From contig CM060733.1 of assembly GCA_030704615.1 (NCBI GenBank), forward strand, positions 42,594,001 to 42,658,000: 64,000 bases of DNA, given 5' to 3'. Both the position numbers and the translations under genes were made by a program. The notes beneath the pieces are model-generated. The model was given only the letters and a program-made list of their open reading frames with translations. It did no database searches and was not told the origin of the DNA. Source of the DNA: Takakia lepidozioides. Taxonomy: Eukaryota; Plantae; Bryophyta. Positions 1-12,951 of the stretch are shown in pieces (within the stretch, counting starts at the first letter, position 1; each line of letters opens with the position of its first letter).

Positions 1-639
1 CCATAAAGACATACCCTCAAAATAGAGCATCCATTATGCCTTTCCTTGTTCCCCTGAAGTTACGAATTGGAAAGCGACGGCTCTCGTTAAGGGGCCGCAA
101 CGCCGCAATGGTGAGTTATGAGATATAACATAGAAGAACACTGATTGGTTATTCTATAGGTAAAGAGCACCATCATCGGCTTTTGAGCATGTAGATGGTA
201 ATCAGCATGTCAGCCACCATGTGCAGCCATTTTCAGTTGCAGAAAATTAGCTGCGATTACAACAGCCCATCAATAACGTGCCTTCAAGTTGTTATTTTAA
301 ATTGAGGTGCAAGCACCGAAGCCACTCATTCATAGCACACTGATCTGTTTGTGATGACTTCTTCTATGATATGCAAATACTACGAGCTTATGTCTCTTGA
401 GGAGAGGGCACACTCATGCTTTCATTGTTATTGCAGGGACTGTTTTGTGTTGAGATGGATTGATAATCCGCATAAGTGTAAATTACAGTTGAGATCTAGC
501 ATAGGCTTAGATTTTGCAGTAAGGACCAGAAGATTGAGGTGCATGTGCTACAAGAAGTACATAATTTTTCCTGTCTGGTCATGCAGCTGCAAATTTAAGC
601 TCGAGATTATCGAGGTGGAGTCAAGTTCTCGATTGCTGG

Positions 640-1250
640 TGAGTGTAGGCAGGGAACGACTATAAGGGAACGACATCTGCAAAAGGAACGTGTTACTACA
701 GGGATGACGGTTAATTAGTTAGGTGGTTAGAACAACTTGCGGGCAGATAAGGGGAGCGGCAACGGAAAGAGGGGACACTTCACGGAGAGCGCTTCTTGGT
801 CATGGAGGGGAGGAGATCAGGCGGAGAGCAAGAACGAGAGCACGGAGAAGGAGGAGAGATGAACAGTAGATGCTTATTACATGCAGAGCTGTAGTGATAC
901 TGTAGGGCGGATTAGAGTCACCTTCACATTGTACCTGATAAATCATAATCTGATACTTATTCGATACAAGCACACTGTGTAGAGTGACATGAGTGAAGCT
1001 GTGAAATGAATGCATGATTAATTGGAATTAAGTAGATACTGAAGCAATCTGATGCTTCAGTATCAGATAAGGTGAATTGATAACATGAAGGCAAGAAGGA
1101 ATACAAATGGGAAGCACAACCATGATTCACTAGCTGTAGGTCATGACTGATTGTACTGAGCGGGCTGAGTGCTTAGAAATATCCAACTCTTCTATCTTGG
1201 AGTTTCCACCTCGAATAGCGAAGGGATGGGTGAGTAAAAGCCGTTCGACA
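640..1250 (+). mobile_element. Solo LTR (Ty3/gypsy, same family as LTRs at 17655 and 28100)
   Basis: Begins TG and ends CA (..GCCGTTCGACA). Flanked by a 5-bp direct repeat GCTGG (635-639 and 1251-1255). Strongly similar to 28340-28977 and to the reverse complement of 17655-18290. Confidence 0.75.
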
Positions 1251-2292
1251 GCTGGCTGCTCTCAACTATGCCAAATTTCCTGTCAGGAAGGTAACGTATC
1301 TGCCTCCCAAAGTCGATGGCAATGTCATCTTCAAGTTTCCACCTGTTACTTTGTCAAACAAAGCCTAAGGGATGTTAACAGACATGGATTGAAAGCATGA
1401 CGGACACCCCTGGTGTGTGACGAAGACCAGTAGCATGAAAATTACTGATGGTGTTCGTGTACAATACGTCCTCTGTGCGGGGAAGCTGAGGTGCCTCAAT
1501 CCCGCCTGCTTCCACTTTCTCTCCAATGGAGGGCGGAGAAACGAGACGGATTGGTCTGGCACAACGCATCATCCATTCATTGTCTCCAGCCAAGCTCCTA
1601 TGGGTTCTTTCAAGTGCGCACATTGCAAAGAACCACCGATGTGCATGTCCATGTGCAGAGCCAAGCAATATTATATAATCCATTTGCTCCCGGACTTGAC
1701 TAGAGCTTGCATACACGTTGGGGTCCACTGTCACCCCTTGGCGAGAGGCAACATGCGTGAGGCTGTGCTGGAAGCACACGACATCATAAAAGAGGAGGTG
1801 AAATTGAGCCCTGGAGCCAGACCAAAGTAGATTCAGCTGAAGGCAGCCCACAAGATTGCTCTTAGCAAAATCATGTCTGAAGATGGTTCAGACCGAGTGC
1901 CCTTGAACGAAGAGGAGATGGTTGACCTGTTCGAGTCCGTCTCGCACGTTTGTAGTCCGAATGTGCGGAATCACATCGTATCTTGCAAGCAGAAATTCGG
2001 GGGTCAGACATGGAGGTGAAACGAATGACTGGATATGACTACATCCAAGGTAGCAGGTTTGCACGGCAAGGCAACAAATCCGATCGTTGTTACATTTTTA
2101 AAATGTCGACGTGTGGGCCTAGGAGTGGAGTCGACTTGGTCACTCGCATGACAACTGGAAACTTGTCAAATGATTGGGTGATGTTTGATCACATCAAGCG
2201 AATTACAAACCATCAGTGGGTGACTATGGGTGCGCATGTTTATGACTATCACTCCAAGAGGCTCATGACGATTGCAATCTGCGAGATGAAAG
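1251..2292 (+). pseudogene. Degenerate MULE-like transposase fragment (diverged relative of 41471-45063)
   Basis: Translates to KHDGHPWCVTKTSSM..CAHCKEPPMC..ACIHVGVHCH and FKMSTCG..WVMFDHIKRITNHQWVTMGAHVYD..TIAICEMK, colinear with the element A transposase. Contains stops and frameshifts, and is cut at 2293 by an LTR start. Confidence 0.9.
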
Positions 2293-2475
2293 TGTTAGAG
2301 GACTGTCTGGGACTTAGACACTTTTACGGGATATGTGGGGTACCCTTAATTTTTGCACAGACTGAGACCAACAGGAGCCTTAGGGGTGACAACAGCGCAC
2401 TTTAGGGGGGGTTACACAGCCCGTCACAGCCAACACAGCTCGTCACAGTCCGACACAGCCCGTCACAGCCAACAC
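2293..2475 (+). mobile_element. Truncated 5' part of LTR
   Basis: TGTTAGAGGACTG..GGGACTTAG start and ACAGCC microrepeats match the LTR beginning at 28100. Confidence 0.65.
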
Positions 2476-3260
2476 ATGGGCGTATATAGCCTTCCGTTTT
2501 ACGAACCTCTTTTTGAAGGTGGGGCATATAAGTTTTCCAACTAGGGGTTGAGACTTGACCCTATGTTTGTGAGTGCCTTGAGCGCATGCTTGCCCATAGT
2601 GAGCAAGATTTTTGTCGCTAAACAAGGAGGAGCAAACATAAAAAAGCTTACGGTTGGAGCGAAAGTGCCTCATTCTTCAATTAGAGAACCTTATCTCGTG
2701 AGGGCGGGAGTACTTGCATAAGACATAATAGTCTTATAGCATCCCTTTAGGCACGATAGGCGCACTTTGTATGCATTTGTCTTGGTTTTCGTTGCATTTG
2801 TATTTGGGTCCGAACCGGCCCCCTTTAAAATTTACTGTCTTTTTCCAGTATTTTTTCTACTTTTTGTTACCTTTGCAAGCCTTTGTTGACCACCTTGAAC
2901 CCTAAACCCTAAACCCTGGGACCTGCAATTTGATCGGGTCATAGCCACTCCACTTTTGATTTGGAAATGGTGGGTCTTGGGACAAGCAAAATTGGATAAA
3001 GCTAGGTTTTAATTTGGTCAAACCAATTTTTTTCTCACTTTTTCTTTGGGCCCTGATATTTGAGGTCTGGGCCAATGGTATAATCTCACAATTGCCACGG
3101 TGCAAAGCCCCTACCCTCCCAGGTGTGCTGGGTAGCATTGTCGGTGGCTCCAAAGAAACAATCCATGGATCGAAGATTCTCTTTTTACGCTTAGCATCGA
3201 AGCGAGCCTTCCTTCGCCGTTGCAACTGCCTCAATGTGCTGAGCTGCTGCTTGTCGGATT

Positions 3261-4237
3261 TCATCTAGTCCTTCCAACATCTCGAGTCGTTCTTTTAATG
3301 ACTCTGATTGTCACCAATCGTAGAGATGGGATTTCTGTCTCGATTGGCATGATGAACTCTAACCCATAAACCAATGAAAAGGGGGTATGTCGAGTAGTTA
3401 CCTTATGGGTTGTGCGAAATGCCCACACGGCCGAAATTAACTTGGTGTCCCAATCCCTTTTGTGCTCCCTGATTGTCTTGGAGAGAATGTTGCACAGGGT
3501 TTGGTTGGCGCGCTCCACCTGCCCACTCGTTTGTGGATGATAAAGGGTGGCATTGTGATGCTTGATGGAGAATGCCACCATCATTTCCTCGATGATGTCG
3601 TTGATGAAGTGAGATCCTCTGTCACTCACTATCTCTTTTGGGCATCCGAATCGGGAAATGATATATTTATAAATGAAAGAGGCGGTTACCTTTGCGTTGG
3701 CTCTCTTAACCGCTTTGGCTTCTGCCCACTTGGTCAGATACTTAGTGGCTATAATGATGTAGCGATTTTGTCGACTCGATGCAGGGTGCACTTCCCCTAC
3801 ATAGTCGATCCCCCACTTCTCAAACGGAGCAAGGGGGAGAGTGGGACTAACGGCATTCCGAGCCTGTTATTTCGCTTGGCGTACCTTTGACAAGAGTCGC
3901 ATTTTCGCACATGCATGTGCGCATCTTTGAACATGGAGGGCCAGTAGTATCCTACCCTCAAAGCCTTTTGCACTGTGAGCCGCCCTGCAAAGCGTCCTCC
4001 GCACATGCTATCATGGGCTGACTCTAAAATCTGGGGAACCTCCTCCGGGGTGATGCATCGGCTCAAGAGTCTATCCAATCCCCTTCTATAAAATTGCCCT
4101 CCCACAAGAGCAAACTTCATGTTGCGCAGTCGAAGCCTTCGTCGCGCATGTCGATCCAATCCTGGGGGAAATTCCAGGGTGCTTAAATAATGAGCTAAGT
4201 GTTCATGGACTCGGCTCATTTTTGGTATGTCATGCAT
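3261..4237 (-). pseudogene. Ty3/gypsy (Tat/Athila-like) integrase fragment
   Basis: Zinc-binding region H..GYYWPSMFKDA..CDSCQ and rve core TKWAEAKA..IVSDRGSHF..HPQTSGQVERAN, split by a frameshift. Confidence 0.9.
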
Positions 4238-5519
4238 AAATGAGCTAGGCCCATTGCTATATGGTTGGAATCTCTGGATGATTTTTGGTAGGTTTCTAGG
4301 GGCAATTTACTGCAGCTAGGTACCAAAAATTGGTAAAAAGTCAAAAAAAGGGCTTGGGAACTTAAAGGTTAAATAAGGTAGAGGTATTTAATTCAGACCT
4401 AAAATCTTTCACGATGAGTACAAATTAATTTTGAAAATGTCACCACCTTGACATAAAAACTTGCGTCGGTTCTAAGTCACCTAACAAAAAACTTCGAAAC
4501 CTTATGATTTTTGAATCCACGCATTCTTTGCTGCATTGGAATCCACTTTAATTTGCTAACAAAAATATACAAAAACTTGACCATTCTAATAGTAGTAACT
4601 ATGCCGAGTGATTAATATATCACTTATTTTGGTACGATCACCTTACTTTTGACAACAGCAAAAAAATTAGGTTTCACTTCAATCACAAAATCGGAAACTA
4701 TGCTCAATTTTCGAACGATTTCCATTGTGGAATACCTCACGGACGAGAGACAGAGCATGATACTGCATATGAGGACTCCTGCCTAAGTCAACACAGCCGC
4801 TCTCCGCCTTTGACTGGTCCGCTTGCGCTTCCCGAACAACGATCGAAACGAAAGCCACGATCAAGATCCGCATCCTCCTCCTCCATGGCCCTATGCACGG
4901 ACAGCTAGGGTTGCAAGAACCCCTATGCAATCGGAGACGGGGAATTGAGCAATAAATGCTTGGAGAGGAAATGTTGGGGTGACAGAAACGAAATACATGA
5001 AAATGTGGCGTGTGATTGCAGTGGAGAATCAAAACAAAAACAAATGAAAAACAGGAGAGGAACGCAAAGATTGCAAGGTGGTATGGAATTGGAAAGAAGA
5101 GCACCGACTAAAAACCTTGAAGCGGAGTTTCCCTTGCAACGCAGAGACAGACACTCTCCAGTCAGCAAGTGGAGGGCCCGTTTCCTGACATGCACGAGGT
5201 GGCGGTGCCCCGTTATGAGATCTGCGATTTGCCGGTTTAGCTTGGCTCTAAGAAAATTGAAGGGCAGCCTGCCCCTGCATGCAGCCCGGCTCCAAAATGT
5301 AAAAATCACCCAGCTATTTGTGCAACTTTGTAGGTCACTATATATCAATGTCTTACATTAAATTTTTTGACTTGTACATTACTAGTGCATAGTGACACAA
5401 GTAAGGTGAACTCTAAATAATGGTTTTCATCTTTTACTCCCTTTGTTCCGAAATAAAAAGCACTTTTGATTTCTTCATGTATTTGTACCTCTTCATATAT
5501 TTGTATTCTTCACGTATTT

Positions 5520-5778
5520 GTATTTATTCTTTTATTTTATTTTACTTTATTGTTTTTTCTTAAAAAAAGGGGAACACCTGGGGAGCGACAGCTCACAAAT
5601 CAGGCCCCTTAACAGTGAGAGGAGAAAATAACCTCTTTCACAGTAACCCGCGCCGCGAGGCATAGGAACGGGACCAGGAACCGGGGAGAAGAGTATGCCA
5701 CACCCGTCAGTAGCAAGATTCGACCCCAGAATCGCCTCGGTCGCACTTAGTGCTCTTAGCCAACTGAGCTACCGACTG
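5520..5778 (-). mobile_element. Possible tRNA-derived SINE
   Basis: Minus strand has A-box-like TAGCTCAGTTGG and B-box-like GGGTCGAATC at tRNA-like spacing, followed by a non-tRNA body and an A-rich tail. No complete cloverleaf is evident. Confidence 0.4.
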
Positions 5779-6421
5779 TTGGTTTTTAATTTCCGAATGG
5801 TAAATCACAAAAAATCAAAAGTGATCACGGAAATCACTGCAGAGAAGCCGTCGTCAACACACACAAGGAATCTGATACTCAGAGTGCCTGCACATCTTCC
5901 AATGATATGAAAAACTCTGGTCTACAACTCCTAGTAGAAGTCTATCTTAACGCTATTTGGTTCACTTGACTCACCGCCAAGTGTAGCCAAAACACAACTT
6001 CAAGAATATTCACACCTAATCTCAATTCTCAATGGCACCTGATGCCCAGTGCACTACAACACACAACCGCGCCTTGGTGTTGAACCAATTGACCTGCCGA
6101 CTCCCCTGGAAACAAAATTATTCTGGAATATCCTGCAAACTTGTCACACCATCGTATCAGTGTAACACAAAGCTGATGAACTCATTGATTGGTTCATGAA
6201 AACATACTTGTCATTAATTTGTGTCCCTTTTTCACAGGTTCTTGAAGTTGGTCCGTGGTTGAATACAGAAGCAGTCTAACTTAGTAGTATACTTCTGTAG
6301 CGTGGAAAGGTGTGACAGCAACAAGAGAATATATAGAAATGTCACCAAACACAAAAAAATAGAGCCAGTATCCCAATGAACCTTCTCAATACTCCATGAG
6401 CCATCACAAAATTTGTCCCCG

Positions 6422-8519
6422 TCACTCCTTGATAGAACGTAAGAAATCACATAACACGCGGTCAAACAAATCCTCCGCTTCTACCTGTCCAATATAGCCA
6501 ATTAAACGATTATCTTGGCATTCAGATTGGAGTTTAGCTGGCTTCTTTGCAGGATAGGCAACTACCAAGCTGATGCAACCATCTTTGCATGCGGCAAGCA
6601 CCCTCGTTTTGGACTCGGAACTATTCTTGTACATCTGTTCCGGATCTGTAGTTGCCACTGCTCTAGCCCACCGCACCTCAGATCGCAGCTTCAGTTGACA
6701 GAAGACGGGAATCTTCAAATTCCCAAGTCTCACAACAAAAAGAACATCAGCTCCAGATCTGTCGTCAAAAATGAGGCATGGCGGACGAGATTTCTCTTCA
6801 GCATCAAGAAATTTACTTACGGTGTGGATCCTATATGACTCCCTCCACACTCCTTCACCTTCACCGGTAATCGTTGGCTTGTCCCTTGCGAATTTTGGAG
6901 GCAGGGTTGCATCCTTGAAACAGCACATATCGGCCAACAATTTTGTGCCGTCAAACAGCTTGGCCACATGAACTGTGAAAAGTTTCTCCCATGCCCTACC
7001 CATTGCACTGGGATCATCCTTGCAATTAACCATGTAGTCTTTGAGTGATTTCTCAAATGAATGGTTGTTCGTCAAGTAGTTCATGATGCTATGATGGACT
7101 GTCGGTTCGACTATAGAGAAAGTGAATTGGGAACCTGTTGAATGGTGTAGCTGTCCAAGGCCACACTCGAGCAAAGTCATATCTCCGTCCGTTGAAACGG
7201 TATGTTCTCCCCTCCCTGCATAGGCAAAGGAGGTTCCTATTCTTTGCACCAAGGAAGCACCATTGAATGATTCTTCTTTCAGGACAAATGTGCCTTTTGC
7301 TCCACACAGAGCGCTCACAGCATAATAAATGGAAGTGCTGTCATTGGTGTCGCTTGTGATCTCCTTGAAATAGTTGTCTACTACGGTTATATCCCATCTT
7401 CCTCCAGCCTTCCTCAGAAGGCGCTCGACACAACTTACCAAACACCTTCGACGGCCTCTGAACTTTTCCAGCAGATACTGGGCATTGTCCTCCATATGAT
7501 CATCCTCTAGCTTCAGGTACTCGCTGCAGAATTTCAGAACCTGACGCACATCTGTCCATGAAGAAAATGGAGCAGAAGAAAATTGAACCGGGCCACCACC
7601 CCCTTCTTTTGCAATCAGCGAACCTATGTCCGCTTCCAGCTTCAAAAAGCTGACACCTGTACCAGCAACAAATACTTTCTGCTTTGGCAACGATGTAGAT
7701 GGCCGCACTAGGGCTTTGATCAACGGAGAAAAAATGGACCTTAGCTCTTTCGTCTCGGGGGATTCGTAGTCATTTACATTTGTCCTTCCCAACACCTGCG
7801 CTTCATCCAGAACTACAGTGAAAGTGCCAACCTTCCCCTCTAAATCCGTCCACAGTTTTTTTATCCTAGCATTTAGCCCCTCTGAATCTTCCAGGGAAGT
7901 AACCACGTTAAAAAGTTTCCGAGTAAGCACATCATATAGATCGTTACGATCTGCACCAAGGAAAGCACGGAATTGCACCTGGAGCATGAGCCATTGCAGA
8001 GGACTCAAATCAGGAATTTCTTGGTGACAAAATTCCAAGATTAACAACCTTGAAAGAATGGCACACCTCATACGTTTCATCACATTCCTGTGATTCATTG
8101 CCTTATCGACCTCTATCTCGTGAGAACTCACAGAGGCGACATCATCTGACCCACCGTTTCCTTTGGTTTTAGCTGTCCAAAAAAAACCCCACTTCTCTGC
8201 AAGCAGCTCGTAAAGAAACCGAGTTTTCCCACTCCCACTCACTCCAACAACTGGCACAACACCAGTCGAGCCATCATTCGCTCGTTCCCACAAATCACCA
8301 ACATCTTCAGTCCAACGAGCAGTTAATTTATCCAGTAAAATGCTTGGATAACCACGGTGGTCGAGTGGCACACCGTTCTGTATAGACAAATTGCACCCCA
8401 TCTTTTTGAACGTGTCCAAAAACTCAGAAAATTTCAATTTCCATTCTTGCATAACCACCTTCACTGATTCTGTAAGCAAAACCCACACACTTTCCGTCAC
8501 TCCTGACAGATCCATGTAT
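6422..8519 (-). CDS. Crinkler/CR-like P-loop NTPase + restriction-endonuclease-fold protein (large terminal exon)
   Basis: ~700-aa open frame with Walker A GVSGSGKT, Walker B TVVLDEAQ and C-terminal ADVLFVV..VFCQLKL resembling PD-(D/E)xK. Preceded by a polypyrimidine + CAG acceptor at ~8520. Confidence 0.7.
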
Positions 8520-8949
8520 CTGAAGAAAAATAAGAGCATCCTATCTTGCAAATAATTGAACAATACAAAAGATACACCAACAAAGCCTATGTGACCAAAG
8601 AAAATGCAAAGAGAAGGGGAACATGGAAGGGAAGGCCAAGTAACAGAGTAGCTCTACCTGAAAACCCGTTTCCAGAGGTTTTCAATCTCTTCGCAGATCT
8701 CTCTCCCCCTGCAAATATGTCAGATTTTGTCAAATTTCAAAAGATCTGCATTCATCCAAACTCTTACCATGGAATTACTGATGAAACTGCTGTTGTATGG
8801 CAGCATCCTGTAACCCTAAACCAAATCTCTCTCCCACTGCATATATGTCAGACTCCACCCAGTATGTCCTGGCCTTGAAAGAGGCCCTCCCACACTTTAC
8901 ACAGTCACTTCAAGATCTCTCCTCTTGCCCATGGTGACACAAGGAGGGA

Positions 8950-9300
8950 GGTAGAAGGTGCTGTAGATTCTTGGGAGAGCTTCGCCACTTCTGCTGCTAA
9001 TAGAGTCATGGAAGGAAACTAATTATCTGTGGTAGAGCAGTAAATTGGTGGACCCATGAGGTCAAGCTCAAGATTGCTGAGAGGCAGGCGCTCTATAAGG
9101 ACTGCTGTAATATCAAAGATGAAAAAATGCTCTGGTCTAGATACTACCAACTGCGTAAAGAGGTCAATCAGCTTGTAAGGGATCAGAAGAGGCTTTACTG
9201 GGAGAAGTTGTACAGTGACATAAACTTAACCCACCATGGTCGTAATGACAAAAGATTATGGTTGGCCTTACAGCCAATCATCATAACACCAACAATTGCA
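8950..9300 (+). pseudogene. LINE ORF2-like fragment (endonuclease-RT linker region)
   Basis: KWWT..KIAERQALYK..LWSRYYQLRKEVNQLVRDQKRLYWEKL resembles the W-rich helical linker preceding LINE RT; degenerate. Confidence 0.4.
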
Positions 9301-9750
9301 CAACCAATACATGTACCCTACCTGGATCTTGGCAAGAACCACAACAGTGATAGACAATGTATATAGACTGGGAAAACGTAACACACCGAAGAGAAGAACG
9401 CAGAACACTTTAAACCTGCCCTCATCTGCCGCAATCTGACCCACCTTAAGAAAATAATAGTCCTTTAGGTCTGGAAACCTTCAAGTGCAAACCCTGTTAC
9501 CTGCTGGGGGTGCTACAAAAGAATAAACCACAAGTATCAACCAACAAAACGACTTGGAATAAAAATAGAAGAGGGTGTAAGGACAGCAATCACTGTACTA
9601 TTGATAACATACCAGCAGCTTCAGAGGGTTCAAAGCAAAAAACATAACGAAAAAAAAACAAACCATAAACGCTACCAAGAAGCTGCTTGTAATGCTAAAA
9701 ATATGCAAATATCTCAAGATACTAGATTCAGTTTGAAATACCCTGTCCTA

Positions 9751-10650
9751 ACAAACAACCGTGTCTTTCAAAGGACCCCCCTCATATTTTACTTGTTAAC
9801 ATGGATCTATCGAATGAATAAACTGCATGTATCAACCGTACACAGGATCACACACGGGATTGGGAGAAGCTGTTGAAACCCTGAGTGCACAACGCAGCCA
9901 AGAAACCAAAAAAATTGCAAACACTTGACTCCAAGCTACGCATTGAACGAATCATTGAACAAATCAGCAACTGCAGCAGGTTCAACAATCAACTGCCCAA
10001 TTGTCTTGCGAGAATTCAAATGTGCCTGCCCATCATCAGAATTGCAGACATAAAAACAAACGGGCTCAGACTGCCCTAGGCAACCCATCGACATTCACCA
10101 GACTCTCTCCATGACGCACTATCTGACACCCTAGCTAATGGGTGAACTCTGTCACAGAAGGTTCTGCAGCCAAGGCGGTTTTGGTTAACTCACATAAGTC
10201 ACCAACAACCACATTCTGTCATCGACCAATTAACAGCTCAAAACATGCGCACAAATTCGGCTAGAGCTTTCTATCTTCTGAAGATGGTACTCAAGAAATC
10301 GTAAAGGTTTGAACAACACTACTGATTCGCAGGTCACATGCATCGAAGTACTGAAGAGAGAACAGAAACTCATTCTTCACACATTGGTAGCAAACCCTAC
10401 AAACTTACACTCACCAGACTCCCTCCTTGACGCACTATCTGACACCCTAAACCATCAACCATGGTTTCCATAACCAACAATCCCACAAAGAAAGTAGCCT
10501 GCGAAGACAGACACAACACCGTTCAACCAAGAAGCAAGAGACGTAACAAAAATCAGATGAAGATTTGAAACCCTAACCCTGTACATACTCTTGGGATGCC
10601 ATTGAGCCCGTCCAAAACTGTTGCGGTTATGGTTATGGATGCAAAAAATC
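9751..10650. repeat. Local dispersed duplication, copy 1 of 3 (others 11282-11690 and 15190-16010)
   Basis: All three begin ACAAACAACCGTGTCTTTCAAAGGACCC and are near-identical. ORF-track peptides are duplicated (MHNAAKKPKK.., FCIHNHNRNSFGRAQ). Confidence 0.9.
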
Positions 10651-11281
10651 CAAGAGAGCTCCAGAGACACAAAGGAAGACTCCCTCTCCCTCACAATTAA
10701 AATAGAAGTGGATGCGAGGACGGCAATCACTCACAAGTGAACTACCAAAATGACGGTTTAGAGTTAGGGTTTCAGGCCACACAACACTTTAAACCTGCCA
10801 TCATCTGCCGCAATCTGACCGACCACTGCGCTTCAAGAGATTCAGAAGGGCTTGCCCTCTGACCTTGCCCGAAAAGTGCCCACAAAGGTTCACGGCCAGA
10901 CATTTCCAAGAAGCAGTGCAATGCAGCAAGCTCAACAAAATGGCAACTCAAAACCATAGAACATGATCCGGCAACTTTTTCTTCAGCCATTCTCTGAGGG
11001 TAGGAGGCGCTGCCCGCAGCAATCTATCAACCAACAAAATGACTAGGAATATAAATTGGACGCTGCCATACACTGGCTCTTATCAGACTGCTCGACAGCT
11101 CTATGAGCAGCCTGATTAGCATCGTTCTAGAAAATACATTCTAGAGAATTACCCTGGGTGATGCCTACCTGCAGGATATTGCAGGGAAAGGAAACAAAGA
11201 GAACTCATTCATTCTCAGGAGTAACTACAGATAACCAGATAAGGAAAAACTTAAGTAATCTGCTGTAGAGCCATATAAATA

Positions 11282-11690
11282 ACAAACAACCGTGTCTTTC
11301 AAAGGACCCTCCTCATATATTACTTGTTAACATGGATCTATCGAATGAATAAACTGCGTGTATCAACCGTACACAGGATCACACACGGGATTGGGAGAAG
11401 CTGTTGAAACCCTGAGTGCACAACGCAGCCAAGAAACCAAAAAAATTGCAAACACTTGACTCCAAGCTATGCATTGAACAAATCAGCAACTGCAGCGGTT
11501 TCAACAATCAACTGCCCAATTGTCTTGCAAGAATTCAAATGTGCCTGCCCATCACCAGAATTGCAGACATAAAAACAAACGGGCTCAGTCTGCCCTAGGC
11601 AACCCATCGACATTCACCAGACTCTCTCCATGACACACTATCTGCCCCCTAGCTAATGGGTGAACACTGTCACAGAAGGTTCTGCACCTG
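11282..11690. repeat. Local dispersed duplication, copy 2
   Basis: Near-identical to 9751-10165. Confidence 0.9.
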
Positions 11691-12599
11691 ACGAAGGAAT
11701 GCGTTAGAAGACAAGCTGCTCATTGGCATTTGAGATCATAATCAACCAAGGATTCTGAAGTCATACCTAATATTGTCATTTCCTCTTCAAAAGGAGCAAA
11801 TGATCCGGTGACGACAAACTCTAAACCCTAACCCTGACCAGGTTAGGACATCTTTTCTTCTCACAAGATCTGAGACTAAAACCCTGTTTGCAGTGATGTT
11901 GTGTGCTGAGTTTTATGAGCTGGTTAAAAAATTAAAGAAGGACATTATGCGATTGAAATGACTCTATATCTACCTCACACCAATATGCTACTTGTTGATC
12001 AATCTCTGATTGCTCCAAAAGAATTGGAGGCCCAAATTAAGACCATGTGATTCACTCTGCTTGAAATATCCAGTCTAATCCTGCTCTAGTGGCACATTTC
12101 AGAGCGAGTTTCCTCCTACAATCCCATCAATGTTCTCCTTTTTCTTGGAGACCTCCTCTTTCTTAGTTATCTCTGCCCATCTCTTGTCGCTTCCTTCTCA
12201 CAAGGGGGTTGCTAATAGAAGTGATAGTGATCGTTTGTGGACTTTTGAATTTTAAGAATTGCTGATACTTGTAGCGTGAAATAAACAACCCCTAGCTATC
12301 AAAAGTATCAAGAAAAGATCCCAGCATCAGCAGCGGTATTCGAAGAAAAAATTGAACGAAATAACAGTCTTCATGCTAAGAAAACCCTAAAACGTCATAA
12401 CCTCTGAATTAGACCAAACGTACAAGGACCAATTAACACTCCAGCTTAAAACCATGTCCAACCCGTTCATCAGCTTTCTTTGATGACCGTGCAATCCCAT
12501 ACATCACTAATGAAAGCCTCGAGGGAGCAAGTCCGAAAATCCATTAAAACCCTAACCACACTATACACCTACTAACACTTTACTGCAAGAAATAACACA

Positions 12600-12951
12600 C
12601 CTGCTGTATGTGCAGCTGGCTTTGCGGACCCACCAGCAAGCACTCTGGATGAGACGAAAACATACCTGTGGTAGCTTCAGATTCGGGAGGGCCATCGAGC
12701 AGCACGGGCTCTTTTTCGGTTCCCGCCACGCCCAAGTCTTGCTTGATTTGTGACCACGAATGCTTTGATTCACCTGTCGAGTCGAAAGGCCAGATTACAC
12801 CATTCAAAGTAATCTTTCGCGGGTTTAAACCAAAGTGGCTGCCAAGAACGTTGAAGTCAACTTTGCCAGCATTCAAAGTCATGGCTGGACAGGGTGCGCC
12901 TCCGGACTTTAGCTTGAACCAAACATGCTCCATAGCTGATAAAAAGTTCAT
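12600..12951 (-). CDS. Candidate 5' exon(s) (header domain) of the CR-like gene
   Basis: Globular-looking ~95-aa frame on the same strand upstream of 8519, ending at a CAG|GTATG donor near 12665. Linkage to the downstream exon is not proven. Confidence 0.35.

Noticed and set aside
5700-5778. Functional tRNA gene
   Set aside because: A- and B-box-like motifs are present, but acceptor and anticodon stems do not pair convincingly; treated as SINE-like.
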